Numbered from the stretch's first letter, positions 20,800 to 31,707 are shown. The stretch: DNA of 64,000 nucleotides from an uncultured Holophagales bacterium (GCA_963842525.1 CAWJGT010000001.1:744629-808628), one strand, 5' to 3'. Program-made: numbers and translations. The notes: generated by a model not told the origin, from the letters alone.

Positions 20800-22184
20800 A
20801 CCCGAGATCCGGCGATCGCAAACCGCCCGAGGTTGGGCAGCACGAGCGGCAGGTCGCTGTCCGCCACCCCGAACCAGCGGGCGAGGGTCGCCGAGTACTC
20901 GTCCACCGAGGTCGTCGGGATCCAGCGCCCTTCGCCGGCGTCGTTCGGCCCGTTGATGGCAAGGGTGGGGATCTGGCCGTAGAAACGGCCGCCGCGCACC
21001 GCTCCGCCGAGCACGAAGTGGTGGCTTCCCCAGCCGTGATCGGAGCCGTTGCCATTCGAAATGTATGTACGCCCGAAATCTGATGCGGTGAAGGCGGTCA
21101 CCGAGTCGGCGATGCCCAGCTCGGTCATTGCGGCGTCGAAGGCGGTGAGGGCGCCGTCGAGCTCGACGAGCAGGTCGGCGTGCGCGCCGTCGAGCGCGGT
21201 CGCCCCTACCTGGCCGCCGTGCGTGTCGTAGCCCTGGGCGGCGCAGAAGAAGATCTGTCGGCGCAGCCCCAACGACTCGCGCACCGAGACGAGTTGGGCG
21301 ATCATCCGGAGCTGCAGCCCGAGGTCGGTCTGCGGGAACTGGGTGGTGAACGGCGGCGCCCCGGCCAGCGCGCCGGAGAGCAGCTCCTGGTTGTCGAGCG
21401 CACGCTGGAAGATGCCGCTGTAGCCGCGCTCGAAAAGGTTTCCATAGCTGTGCCCGAGCAGGCCGCGGACGGCGTTGGAGGAAGCGTCGGCGCCCTGGTC
21501 GGCGGGGACGTAGGAGCTCAGGCCCACCGGCCCCTCCGGCGACACCTGGTACTGGGTCACGGTGTTGCCCACCTGGAAGGTGTTGGTGCCCGCCACCGAG
21601 ATCGACATCGAGACGCGCGCGTTCTCGTTGAGCGCGTGCAGCAGGTCCGCGGCGCGCCCGCCCCAGCCGGTGCGCGACGGCTGGTCAGGCAGCGAGGTCT
21701 GCCAGTGCACGGTCTGGTCGCTGTGCGAGAAGAGCTGCGGCGGCACCGCCGCGCTGCGGCTCAGGAACTCCTCGCGGGTGAGCGGCGCCACCAGCGGCCC
21801 GACGTTGGCGACCAGCGCGGCCTTCCCTTGATTGAACAGGCCCCGCACTCCGGTGAGGCTCGGGTGGAAGCCCCACTCGCGCGCATCGCCGGGCGGGGTC
21901 GCAAGCGGCGTGAGCGGCAGCAGCGCGCTCTGCGGCAGCGCCAGGGCGGCGCGCGCCGCAGCGTACTGCGCATAGTCGGAGGCAAGCGTCGGAACCAGGA
22001 CGTTGTTGCCGTCGTTGCCGCCGTAGAGGAAGACGCAGACGAGGGTCTTGGAGTCGACGAGCGGCGCCGCGGCGGCGATGCGCCGCAGATCGAAAAGGGT
22101 GTTGGCCGCAGCGGTCATCCCCACCGCGGCACAGGCGGACTGGCGCAGGAACTGGCGGCGCGTCAAGCGGCGGTTCTCGGTCAT
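20789..22184 (-). CDS. DUF1501 family protein with Tat-like signal; frameshift near C-terminus
   Basis: TRRQFL, VCVFLYGGNDGNN, LFSHSDQ, GYDTH, SDFGRT..NGNGSDHGWG, IPTTSVDEY. Confidence 0.9.
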
Positions 22185-22194
22185 CTTCCACCTC

Positions 22195-24541
22195 CTATTT
22201 CTGCACCACGGACTCGGGAGCCAGGCTCGCAAGCCACAAGAGGGTGAGCACGCGTTGATCGGACTGGCGCGGGAAATCGGCGTCGGCCAGGGCGCCGCGC
22301 AGGATGCCGCGCGTCGCGTCGGACATCGAGCCGGCGAAGAGCAGCAGGTCGATGCGGTCGAGCAGGGCCTCGTCGGTCGGCGCCCGCGGCGGCAGGAACG
22401 GCAACAGATCGACGGTGAAAGGTCCGTTCCGCCCTGCCGCGCCGAGCACCGCGAGTTGGAAGTTGGCGGCGCCGACGATCGTCGTCTCGGTCGTGATCTG
22501 GAATTCCGGAGAGACCAGCCCGGCCTGCGCGATCTCCCCCGGCAGCGCGAAGCTGGGCTCGAAGAAGTTGAACACCGTCGGCGCGCGCAGCGGAACCTGT
22601 CCCAGGCCGAGGCCCTGCCGGTCGAAGCGCCACCGTCCGTTGCGCGGCTCGGCGTCGAGGATACGCAGCAGCCCGACGAGCCGCACGACAGGCTCGCGCA
22701 GGTGCCCCTCGTCCGGCCGCGCCGCGACCACCGCCGCCCGCGCCTCGTAGTCGAGCAGGATGGCGCGCAGGACCGCCTGGAGGTCGCCCCGTTCTCCGGC
22801 CCCGTTGTCGGCGAACGCCTGCCCGCAGCGGTAGACGTATGCCGGGCTGGGATTGCTGGTCACCAGCCGCTGGATCAGGAAGCGGCAGAAGAAGGGCCCG
22901 ACGTTGTCGTGGTTGACGATGACGTCGAGCGCCTGCTCGAGGTCCGCCCGCGCGCTCTGCCCCGCCGGCAGGACGGCGCCGTCGAGCAGCCGCTTCTCGT
23001 CGGTGGCGTGATACACCGCCCAGGATTCCATCGGGATTCGATAATTACGCTGCGGACGGAAGAAGCGCTGCGGCTGGCGCTGGTCCTGGCCGCCGAACGT
23101 CCAGCCGGTGAAGGCGCGGGCGAAGGCCTCCACCACGTCCTGGTCGTAGGTCGGGATCGGCTGGTTGTCGGCATCCAGGTGCAGCGTGCCGTCGGGGTGG
23201 AGCTCGTAAAGGCCGATCGAGAAGAGCTGCAGGATCTCGCGAGCATAGTTCTCGTTGGGGTTGCGCCCGAGCTCGGGGAGCGTCTTGCTGCTTCCCGCCA
23301 TGTCGAGGTAGACCCCCATCGTGGGGCTGAGCGTCGCCGCCTCGAGCAGCTCGCGGAAGCTGCCGAACGCGTGCCCCGCCAGCAGGTCGAGATACCCCGC
23401 CAGGCCGTCCGGACCGTTGCGCACGTCGGCGTCCTGGTCGGAGACGACGAACAGCTCGGAAAGCGCGAAGGCGACGCGCTGGCGGAGCTGGTCAGGCCCC
23501 TGGACGGCCTGGCTGTAGAAAGACTCCCGCACCAGCCCGGGCGTGGGCTCCTCGCGCTGCGCCGCCAGGAGGTCGTAGGCCGCGAGGTGGGAGGCCGCGG
23601 GCAGCGCGAGCTGCTCGTCGAGCCAGCGGTTGAAACCTTTCTGTTGCAGGGCCTCGACCTCGCCGGGCCGCGGCCCGTAGGTTGCCTGAAGGAGGAAGCG
23701 GGCCGCGTCCTCCTGGCTGGGAAGCCCCCCTGGGAGCGCCGGCGGCGGAGGCGGTGGCGTGAAGGTCTGGCTGCCGTTCGACTGGCGGAAAAACCCCTTG
23801 ATCTCACCCGCCGGATAGGCTCCGGTATGGAGGTTGAGGTAGCACTCGCCGCCCCGCAGCGCGGCGAGGATCTCCGCCGTGTCGAAGGTGCCGGCCGACT
23901 GGATGCGCCAGACCCGCGATCCGTCGGCCTGCGGCGGCGTCGTGTCGATGTCGAAGAGGATCGTCCCGTCGGAGGCGTGGATGTGCTGGCTGGTGATCGG
24001 GCCGGTAAGAGCTGGAGAAAGAGAAACGCAGCACCGCGGCCTTCTGGTCCTTCGTCAGGGTCAGGGTCGAGGAGCCGGAGCCTCCGCTCGACGCGCCGCT
24101 CTGCGGAGTGAGCGTGGCGAGGAAGAGCGTGCCCCCGGTCTCGGAAGGCGGAGGCGGCGGCGCGCTGAGCTTGTAGACCCCCCTCGTGATGCCGCTCGTC
24201 TTGAGGCCTTTTTTATAGGAAATCGCCTTGAGCGTCGTCTTGGCGGTGAGCTGGACCGGGCCCGTGTAGACCGGGCTCGTCTTGCGCGACGGGTTGGAGC
24301 CGTCGGTCGTGTAGTAGATCTTGGCGCCGGCCGTGGCCGTGGTGATCGTGACCGCGAGCGGCGCCGTGTACGTCCCCGCCTTGGGAGAGAAGACCGGCGC
24401 CGCGGCCGTCCCCTGGGCCGCAGCGGCCACGAGGTCCGGGGGGCCATGGTGAGGGTGGGCGTCCTGCGCCAGCACCGGCATCGCCAACCAGAGTAGACCC
24501 GCTCCTATCGCCCCGATTGCCAGCATCGCGCCGTTTCGCAT
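22195..24541 (-). CDS. DUF1800 family protein with N-terminal chitobiase/Fn3-associated and CHRD-like domains; frameshifted
   Basis: Signal peptide, APVFSPKAGTY..KIYYTTDGSNP, ARFLLQATYG, DQLRQRVAFALSELFVVS, PNENYAREILQLFSIGL, LIQRLVTSNPSPAYV, APTVFNFF. Confidence 0.8.
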
Positions 24542-24808
24542 GGTGCGCCTCCGATCTCGCTGCACCGATCCGGGTGCCCGCTGGCCGGTGAAACCACTGA
24601 AGCGGCGGTTTCCTGCGGCCAGGGCTCTCGGATCACTGCCGAGCGTTTGGTGATCCCGCTCTGCGCGCACAGCAACCGCGATGCCAGGTGCGAAAGCCGA
24701 CGGTAAGAGGCGGAAAACAAAGGGCTTGCCGGTGACCCTACGGACGCAAGCCGACTCATCTTCGACGTTTTCGTCGAGGAGCGGCGACGAGACTGTCGAA
24801 AAGAGCGA

Positions 24809-24888
24809 GTCGTCGGCGCCGCCGGGCCCTCACCTCCCCGGCCCTCCTCTCCCAGCCTCACACCCGCCCTTCCGGGAGAGGAGGGAGA
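24809..24888 (+). repeat. Left inverted repeat flanking the DUF559 gene
   Basis: 24822-24888 is the reverse complement of 25277-25343 with one mismatch; weaker similarity extends to 24809/25357. Confidence 0.92.
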
Positions 24889-24896
24889 TCGGATCA

Positions 24897-25259
24897 TCAA
24901 GGGTTGCGTTGTTCGAGTCGTTGATGGATTTTTTCGAGAACGGAGTCGAGGTTTTCCAGGACCTCTTCATTCGTGAAGCGTAGGACCTTGTAGCCCAGGG
25001 CGACCAGATTGACGTCCCGGTTCTCGTCGTGGATCTTCTGCCGACGGTCCTCATGTATCCCACCGTCGAGCTCCAGCACGAGCATCCGATCGTGGCAAAA
25101 GAAGTCCGCAATATATTGTCCGATCGGCACTTGACGGCGGAATTTCAGGCCGAGGAACTGCCGATCGCGCAGCTTCTCCCAGAGCACTTCTTCGGCCAAC
25201 GTGGATGCCCGGCGAAGACGCTTGGCGCGGACGAGGGCTCCGGGACCCGAAACAGGCAT
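24897..25259 (-). CDS. DUF559 / Vsr-like PD-(D/E)xK endonuclease
   Basis: AKRLRRASTLAEEVLWEKLRDRQFLGLKFRRQVPIGQYIADF..LELDGGIH..D..RD..L..GYKVLRFTNEEV. Confidence 0.92.
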   Translation of the reverse strand: MPVSGPGALVRAKRLRRASTLAEEVLWEKLRDRQFLGLKFRRQVPIGQYIADFFCHDRMLVLELDGGIHEDRRQKIHDENRDVNLVALGYKVLRFTNEEVLENLDSVLEKIHQRLEQRNP

Positions 25260-25276
25260 GACGGGATCATAGAACT

Positions 25277-25357
25277 TCTCCCTCCTCTCCCGGAAGGGTG
25301 GGTGTGAGGCTGGGAGAGGAGGGCCGGGGAGGTGAGGGCCCGGACGGCGCCGCCGAC
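25277..25357 (-). repeat. Right inverted repeat flanking the DUF559 gene
   Basis: Reverse complement of 24809-24888. Confidence 0.92.
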
Positions 25358-25458
25358 GCTTCAAGTACCACCGAGTGACATGGAGACGAGGTGGCGCGGC
25401 GTGATCTTCGCGGCCGAGGGCATTCCTCCATGTATGATACGCAGGTGCAAGGGATTCT

Positions 25459-26559
25459 ATGCTGTCCAACATGAACACCAGCCACCGCGCGGCACTCGCC
25501 GCGATGCTCGCGGCCAGCCTTTTAGCGTTTGGCTGTGCAGGCCGCCGGGCACCCGCTACACCGGCCGAGCCACCCCCGGAGGCGCCGGCGAGCGCGCCGG
25601 AGGCCGAGCGTCCGGCGGGCACCGGGGAAGCGCCGCGGCCGGGGCTGCGCGACCTCTGCCGTCAGGGGCCTGACGAAACCGAGATCCTCGACGAGACGCG
25701 CCAGACCCTCGAGGAGACCTTCTGCAGCGCCACCCTCTGGCTCGACGGCCTTCTCGGCGGTGAGGCTGATGTCGAGAACGCACGCGCGGTGTCGGGCCGG
25801 GTCGATCTGTCGACGCTCTACACGGAGTTCGACGGGTTCACCCTCAAGGAGCGCCTGCGCCTCAGGTACGACCTGCCCAACCTCGAGCGGCGGCTCAACG
25901 TCTTCGTCGGCCGCGATGAGCGCGACGAGTTCGTCGAGGACCGGCGCGAGGGGTTCGCCGTCCGTTCCTCGGTCTTCGGCCTGGAGGACGAAGAGGAGTG
26001 GCTCGCCGGCCTCGGCTATTCGCCACCGGGCCGCTGGAACAGCAAGATCGACTTCCGCGTCGGCGGCAAGTTGAAGAGCGCCCCCGAAGTCTTCGCCCAG
26101 AGCCGCTACCGGCGCAACATCTTTGCCGGCGACCGCAACGTCTGGCGCTTTCGGGAGACGGTCTTCTGGGAGAACCGCGAAGGTTTCGGATCGACCACCA
26201 GCCTCGATTTCGACCACGTCCTGCGTCGCGACCTCCTCTTTCGCTGGGGCAACATCGGCACCTTCTCGGAGTCGACCGACGGGATAGCCTGGCGCTCGGC
26301 GGCCCTCGCCTACCACAACATCCGCCGTTCCCGGGCCGTGGCCGGGGAGCTCTTCCTGCGCGGTGCCACCCAGGCCGAGGTCAAGCTCAACGAGTACGGC
26401 ACCCGCGCCATCTACCGCCAGCCGGTGGGAAAACCCTTCCTGTTCGGCGAGCTGGTCGTCGGCTACACCTGGCCCCGCGAGGAGCGCGATCAGCCACGCG
26501 AAGGCTCGGCGATGATCGGCTTCGGGCTGGAGCTCCTGTTCGGGCGTGAGCCTTACTGA
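25459..26559 (+). CDS. Putative outer-membrane lipoprotein / beta-barrel hypothetical protein
   Basis: Lipobox-like LLAFGC; alternating beta-strand pattern; C-terminal GFGLELLFG. Confidence 0.65.
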   Translation: MLSNMNTSHRAALAAMLAASLLAFGCAGRRAPATPAEPPPEAPASAPEAERPAGTGEAPRPGLRDLCRQGPDETEILDETRQTLEETFCSATLWLDGLLGGEADVENARAVSGRVDLSTLYTEFDGFTLKERLRLRYDLPNLERRLNVFVGRDERDEFVEDRREGFAVRSSVFGLEDEEEWLAGLGYSPPGRWNSKIDFRVGGKLKSAPEVFAQSRYRRNIFAGDRNVWRFRETVFWENREGFGSTTSLDFDHVLRRDLLFRWGNIGTFSESTDGIAWRSAALAYHNIRRSRAVAGELFLRGATQAEVKLNEYGTRAIYRQPVGKPFLFGELVVGYTWPREERDQPREGSAMIGFGLELLFGREPY

Positions 26560-26596
26560 GCCTGTCCCCAAAGAAGCAGCGGTGGTCGCGGATGGA

Positions 26597-26985
26597 TTAT
26601 GACGGATAGCTTTTCTGCCGCCGTCTTCGTGATTTCTCCATGGTGCCGCACGTCTCCATCTGGCACCAACGGCGAAGGCCGTTCCGGCTGCGATCGATGT
26701 ACATCCAGCCACAATCGGGCGCGGCGCAGACCCGAATCCGCCGCGCCTCGTCAGACGTCAGCAGAGCGGACGCGGGCCACACGATCGGCCAGAGGATCGA
26801 AACCAGGCGCTCTTCCCTGCCATGCCAGGCCCACTCCGCCACCTTCAAGCGAGCGCTCCGCCCCTGGCGCACCGGCAATCCGCAGCCACGGCAGCGTGTC
26901 GGTGAGGATTTCGTTGAAATCGTCCCAGGAAGAGCCCGGCCGCTCACCGGCGGCGATGGACCCGTAGAGGCGCTGGAGCACGATG
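26597..26985 (-). pseudogene. 3' remnant of an ABATE/CGNR zinc-finger gene
   Basis: RIRVCAAPDCGWMYIDRSRNGLRRWCQMETCG; upstream part in a different frame; no 5' half or start. Confidence 0.7.
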
Positions 26986-26997
26986 GGAGGAAGACTC

Positions 26998-27319
26998 ATG
27001 ATCGTACGCACCTGGCGGGGAGCGAACAAAAGCGGAAGACGCGGACGCGTACCTGCAATACCTTCATACAAGCGGCTTCACCCAGTATCGCGCCACACCG
27101 GGAAACCTCGGCGTGCTCGGACTGCGGCGCATCAGCGAGGGGCGGGCGGAATTCCTCCTGCTGACCTTCTGGGAGTCGGAAGAAGCGATCCGCCGCTTCG
27201 CGGGAGACGACATGGGCCGCGCCGTGTTCTATCCCCAGGATGATCGATTCCTCATCGACAAGGACGAGCACGTCAGCCACTTCGACGTGGTCTTTCAGGA
27301 GGGATGGGAGCAGTCGTGA
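26998..27319 (+). CDS. Antibiotic biosynthesis monooxygenase (ABM)-like protein; frameshifted
   Basis: MIVRTWRG..., then GLRRISEGRAEFLLLTFWESEEAIRRFAGDD..AVFYPQDDRFL. Confidence 0.7.
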
Positions 27320-28260
27320 CGACCTCGGCGGACGCCGTGGGTGATCGCAGCAGTGTCCCACGGGCCAAGCTGATAGCGGCGTTCGCCGCGATCTATCTGT
27401 TTTGGGGCGGGACGTTTCTCGCGATTCGCTATGCCGTGGCCGACGTGCCGCCGCTGCTCACGATTGCGATCCGTTGCGCCGGCGGCGCGCTGCTCCTCTA
27501 TGCCTGGCTTGCCATACGCGGCCAGCTCGAACGGACGACGGCGGCGCAGTGGCGGGTCGCGGGCATGGCAGGCGCGCTGCTGTTCCTCGGTTGCCATGCG
27601 GTGCTCGCCTGGGCCGAACAGCGGGTGTCTTCCGGTCACGCGGCGCTCTTGATGACCTCGATCGCGCTCTGGCTGGTGCTCCTGGACGCCTTGGTCGAGC
27701 GCCGCCCTCCCCCGGCGCGGGTCCTCGCGGGGTTCACCCTCGGAGTCCTGGGGATCGCCGTGCTGACGAGCCCCGGCGGCGGGTGGTCGGGATCGCTGTT
27801 CGACCGCGTGGCACTGGTCGTGAGCGACCTCTTCTGGGCCGCGGGCTCGCTCGTGGCGCGGCCTTCTCGGAATTCGCGGCAGGGCACCCGGCCCGTCTCC
27901 GTCGTGCAGTTGACGGCCATACAACTCGCCGCCGGCGCCGCCGTTGTGCTCCTCGCGAGCGCCGTCTCGGGCGAGCTCTCCGGCTGGACGCCGGCACAGG
28001 TGACGCCGCGGGCCGCGGCGGCGCTCGGTTTTCTGATCGTCTGCGGCACCGCGCTCGGCTTCGCCGCGTACACCTGGCTGCTCACGGTCACGACGGCGGC
28101 TGCCGTTGGCACCTACGCCTTCGTGAATCCCCTGATCGCGCTCGGCCTGGCGTGGGCCGTGGGAGACGAGGAGCCGAGCGGCCGTGCGCTCGTCGCGGCC
28201 GTGCTCGTGATCAGCGCCGTAGTATTGACTCGAGACCCATCCAAAGGAGCAAAAACGTGA
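27316..28260 (+). CDS. EamA/DMT family transporter
   Basis: AIYLFWGGTFLAIR, AEQRVSSGHAALL, GFAAYTWLL..VGTYAFVNPLIA. Confidence 0.9.
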   Translation: MTTSADAVGDRSSVPRAKLIAAFAAIYLFWGGTFLAIRYAVADVPPLLTIAIRCAGGALLLYAWLAIRGQLERTTAAQWRVAGMAGALLFLGCHAVLAWAEQRVSSGHAALLMTSIALWLVLLDALVERRPPPARVLAGFTLGVLGIAVLTSPGGGWSGSLFDRVALVVSDLFWAAGSLVARPSRNSRQGTRPVSVVQLTAIQLAAGAAVVLLASAVSGELSGWTPAQVTPRAAAALGFLIVCGTALGFAAYTWLLTVTTAAAVGTYAFVNPLIALGLAWAVGDEEPSGRALVAAVLVISAVVLTRDPSKGAKT

Positions 28261-29639
28261 CCGCGACCGTCCCTGACGATCTTGATGCTTTTTTCGATGC
28301 GAACGCGGCACGCCTGCGCGCCGAGCTTCTCGATTTCCTGCGGATTCCGAGCGTGAGCGCCCGGGCCGAGCACCGTCCCGATGTGGAACGCGCGGCGGAA
28401 TGGCTCGCCGGCTCGCTCCGCGCGGCAGGGCTGGCGGCGGAGATCTACCCCACCGCCGGTCATCCGATCGTTCTCGGCGAATGGCGACGGGCTCCAGCCG
28501 GCGCCCCGACGGTGCTGATCTATGGCCATTACGACGTGCAACCAGCCGAGCCGCTCGAGCTCTGGGACTCGCCGCCGTTCGAACCCGCCCTGCGGGACGG
28601 GCGCATCTACGCCCGCGGCGCAACGGACGACAAGGGGCAGCTCTTCCTCCAGGTCAAGGCCCTGGAAGCGCACCTCGCGACGCGCGGCGAGCTGCCGGTC
28701 AACGTGGTGCTCGTCGCGGAGGGGGAGGAGGAGATTGGTAGCGTACACCTCAGACCGTTCCTGGAGCGCCATGCGGACCGGCTGCGCACGGACGCAGTCG
28801 TGATCTCCGACTCCGCAATGTTCGCGCCCGGTCTACCGGCCATCCTGTCCTCGCTGCGCGGCATGGCCTATTTCCAGATCGACGTGCATGGACCGGCCGG
28901 CGACCTGCACTCCGGGAGCTATGGCGGCGCGGTCGTGAACCCCGCGACGGCGCTCGCGCGCATCCTGGCCACCCTGCACGACGCCGATGGACATGTCGCC
29001 ATCCCCGGCTTCTACGACCAGGTGCGCGAGTGGCCGGCGGAGCTCCGCGAGCAGATGGCGGGCCTGCCGTTCGATGACCAGCAGTTTCGGGAGGAGGCCG
29101 GGGTGACCCACCTCGGTGGAGAGGCCGGCTACACGACCCTCGAGCGGCTGTGGACGCGGCCCACGTGCGAGGTCCATGGGCTCCTGAGCGGATACACGGG
29201 CGAGGGGGCGAAGACCGTGCTCCCCGCGTCCGCGATGGCGAAAGTGAGCTGCCGCCTCGTTTCCGATCAGGATCCCGCCGAGATCGACCGCCTTTTCCGC
29301 GCTCATGTGGAGCGGGTCGCGCCGGCGGGCGTCCGCGTGGAGGTGCAGTACTTCGTTGGGGGTCCCGCCTGGCGCGCAAACCTGGAAGGCCGGCTCTTCG
29401 AGGCCGCGGGCCGGGCCCTCGTGGCAACGTTCGGTCGGGAGCCCGTGATCGTCGGCGATGGAGGCTCGATCCCCGTGGTCAACGATTTCGAACGCATTTT
29501 CGAAGCGCCGGTGCTCCTCCTGGGTTTCGGTCTGCCAGGCGAGAACGCGCACGCCCCGAACGAGTGGCTCAGCGTGGACAACTTCGAGCGCGGCCTGCGA
29601 ACAGTGGCGGTCCTGTGGGAGGAGCTTGGCAGGGGCTGA
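28257..29639 (+). CDS. M20 family dipeptidase
   Basis: LRIPSVS, YGHYDVQP, ARGATDDKGQ, EGEEEIGS, DLHSG, NAHAPNE. Confidence 0.93.
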   Translation: MTATVPDDLDAFFDANAARLRAELLDFLRIPSVSARAEHRPDVERAAEWLAGSLRAAGLAAEIYPTAGHPIVLGEWRRAPAGAPTVLIYGHYDVQPAEPLELWDSPPFEPALRDGRIYARGATDDKGQLFLQVKALEAHLATRGELPVNVVLVAEGEEEIGSVHLRPFLERHADRLRTDAVVISDSAMFAPGLPAILSSLRGMAYFQIDVHGPAGDLHSGSYGGAVVNPATALARILATLHDADGHVAIPGFYDQVREWPAELREQMAGLPFDDQQFREEAGVTHLGGEAGYTTLERLWTRPTCEVHGLLSGYTGEGAKTVLPASAMAKVSCRLVSDQDPAEIDRLFRAHVERVAPAGVRVEVQYFVGGPAWRANLEGRLFEAAGRALVATFGREPVIVGDGGSIPVVNDFERIFEAPVLLLGFGLPGENAHAPNEWLSVDNFERGLRTVAVLWEELGRG

Positions 29640-29775
29640 TCAGCACAAGCTTGGCGCACAGCCATCTCGAGGAAAAACCGGGGTGGAAGAACGCCTCCAG
29701 GATCGGCCGCTGCCTCCCAGGTCGATCCCGAGGATTGCTTCGTCAGCCACGGCGATCATCGTATCCTGCGAGGCC

Positions 29776-30825
29776 ATGAGCCTCGAATCCGAAATCTTCG
29801 AGCAACCCGCCGTCCTCGAACGCCTCCTCCGCACGCAGGCGGAGCCGGTGCGCGACATGGCTCGCACCATCCGTAGCCGGGGCGTCCACTGGGTGCTGAT
29901 CGCCGCCCGCGGCAGCTCCGACAACGCGGCCCTCTATGCCAAATACCTGTGGGGCTCGCGCAATGGGCTCCCGGTCGCCCTGGCCGCCCCCTCGCTGTTC
30001 ACCCTCTACCGCACGCCGCCGCAGCTCCAGGGAGCGCTGGTGGTCGGGATCTCGCAGTCGGGCCAATCCCCGGACATCGTCAGCGTCCTGGCCGAAGGGC
30101 GCCGCCAGGGGGTTCCGACCCTGGCGATCACCAACGATCCGTCCTCGCCCCTGGCCAAGGAAGCGGACATGGTCCTCGACGCCAGCTCAGGCCCCGAGCA
30201 AGCGATCGCCGCCACCAAGACCTACACCACCCAACTCCTTTCCATCGCTCTCCTGTCCGTGGCCCTAACCGGAGAAAAACGCGGCGAGGAAAGCCACACC
30301 GAGGCCATCGAGCGAGTGCCGGAGCTGGTCCAGCAGGCGTTGGCACTCGACAGCTTCATCGAGCAGGCAACGCAACAATATCGCCACATGACGCAGTGCG
30401 TAGTCCTCGGCCGCGGCTTCAACTATGCGACGGCCTCCGAGTGGTCGCTGAAGCTCAAAGAGCTCGCCGCCGTCTTCGCCGAGCCCTACTCCTCCGCCGA
30501 CCTGCAACATGGTCCGGTGGCCCTCATCACCGAGGGCTTTCCCGTCCTCGCCGTCGCGCCAGGCGGTGCGGTGTTCGAGAACCTCCTGGCGCTGCTCGCG
30601 TCCCTGGTCGAAGAACGCGGCGCCGAGCTGATCGCCATCTCCGACCAGGACAAGGCGCTGGCCCTCGCGCGCACCCCGCTACGCCTGCCCGCCGATCTAC
30701 CCGAATGGCTCAGCCCTGTGGTGAGCATCGTCCCCGCCCAACTCTTCTGCTACCACCTCACCCGCGCCATGGGCCGGGATCCGGAGGCGCCGCGGGGTTT
30801 GAGCAAGGTGACGCGGACGTGGTGA
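29776..30825 (+). CDS. Double-SIS domain sugar isomerase (GlmS C-terminal-like)
   Basis: EIFEQP, ARGSSDNAA, GISQSGQSPD, AATKTYT, EWSLKLKE, HGP, PRGLSKVTRT. Confidence 0.9.
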   Translation: MSLESEIFEQPAVLERLLRTQAEPVRDMARTIRSRGVHWVLIAARGSSDNAALYAKYLWGSRNGLPVALAAPSLFTLYRTPPQLQGALVVGISQSGQSPDIVSVLAEGRRQGVPTLAITNDPSSPLAKEADMVLDASSGPEQAIAATKTYTTQLLSIALLSVALTGEKRGEESHTEAIERVPELVQQALALDSFIEQATQQYRHMTQCVVLGRGFNYATASEWSLKLKELAAVFAEPYSSADLQHGPVALITEGFPVLAVAPGGAVFENLLALLASLVEERGAELIAISDQDKALALARTPLRLPADLPEWLSPVVSIVPAQLFCYHLTRAMGRDPEAPRGLSKVTRTW

Positions 30826-30854
30826 GTGGGCGCGGTGGCTTACCCGGCGGCACC

Positions 30855-30953
30855 ATGACGACGCACAAGTTCCCATTTGCTGAGGTCGGGCACGCCTTTC
30901 ACATGATGGAGACCAAAGAAGACAACATCATCAAGCCGCTGATCACCTATTGA
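30855..30953 (+). pseudogene. Isolated 3' end of a zinc-binding alcohol dehydrogenase-family gene
   Basis: MTTHKFPFAEVGHAFHMMETKEDNIIKPLITY resembles the MDR dehydrogenase C-terminus; no upstream body. Confidence 0.55.
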
Positions 30954-31035
30954 GTCGACGGAGCTCGGCTTCGGCGTCGTCCGGGCGCCGCGGACCGTGG
31001 ACGATAACCTGGTCTTAAAGGGTGTTTGGAAATCG

Positions 31036-31443
31036 AGCCCCGCAGGGGCGGACGGAATTAGCCCGGTACGTCAGTGCCGGGTTGGGAGGCACAAATCCAC
31101 CATCCAGCCCCGGTAGGGGCGGCAGGAAATCCGGTGGGTTGAAATGCGTTCGGTTCCCGGGATTGAAATCCATACCTTTACACACATCTCAAAGCGCCCC
31201 TTGTGGGCGCGGGCGCGTAGACCCGGGTTTCAACCCGGGGTCGCGGAGGCCCGGCCCGTTTCGAGCCCCTTTCAGGGGCGTCGGCGAGGATGGCGCACAG
31301 GCCCGCCGTCCTCGGGCACCGCACACCGACGGCATTGCGCTTCCGTCTGCGCCATCGCCCCTGAAAGGGGCGCAGGGAGGATTGGTGGATCTCGCACCCC
31401 GGGTTGAAACCCGGGGCTATGTGCCAGCGCCCACAAGGGGCGC
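31036..31443. repeat. Cluster of REP-like hairpins / REPIN (GCCCC-N-GGGGC and CCCGGGTTTCAACCCGGG family)
   Basis: 31195-31280 is largely the reverse complement of 31356-31443; further GCCCC..GGGGCG hairpins at 31036-31122. Confidence 0.75.
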
Positions 31444-31707
31444 TTCCCCCACCCTCCCGGACAGGATATGTATAACGGTGTTCTCGTGTGACTGAAATGC
31501 CAAGCGCGCGTAGGGTCAGATGCGCTCTGCTCGACCTCCTTCGCTCGTCGAGCATGCCGTAGTTGCGGCTTTCCGCGGCACAGGGCCGACCAGAATGCTT
31601 CTCCAAATGCCTCGGCGGTCTTGACGCAGGTTACGAAGAGGTGTAGGGTGCGCTAAGTCGAAGAGGATAAGCATCTTGCATGCTCGACAATCTGGGACCG
31701 GCCGTAG

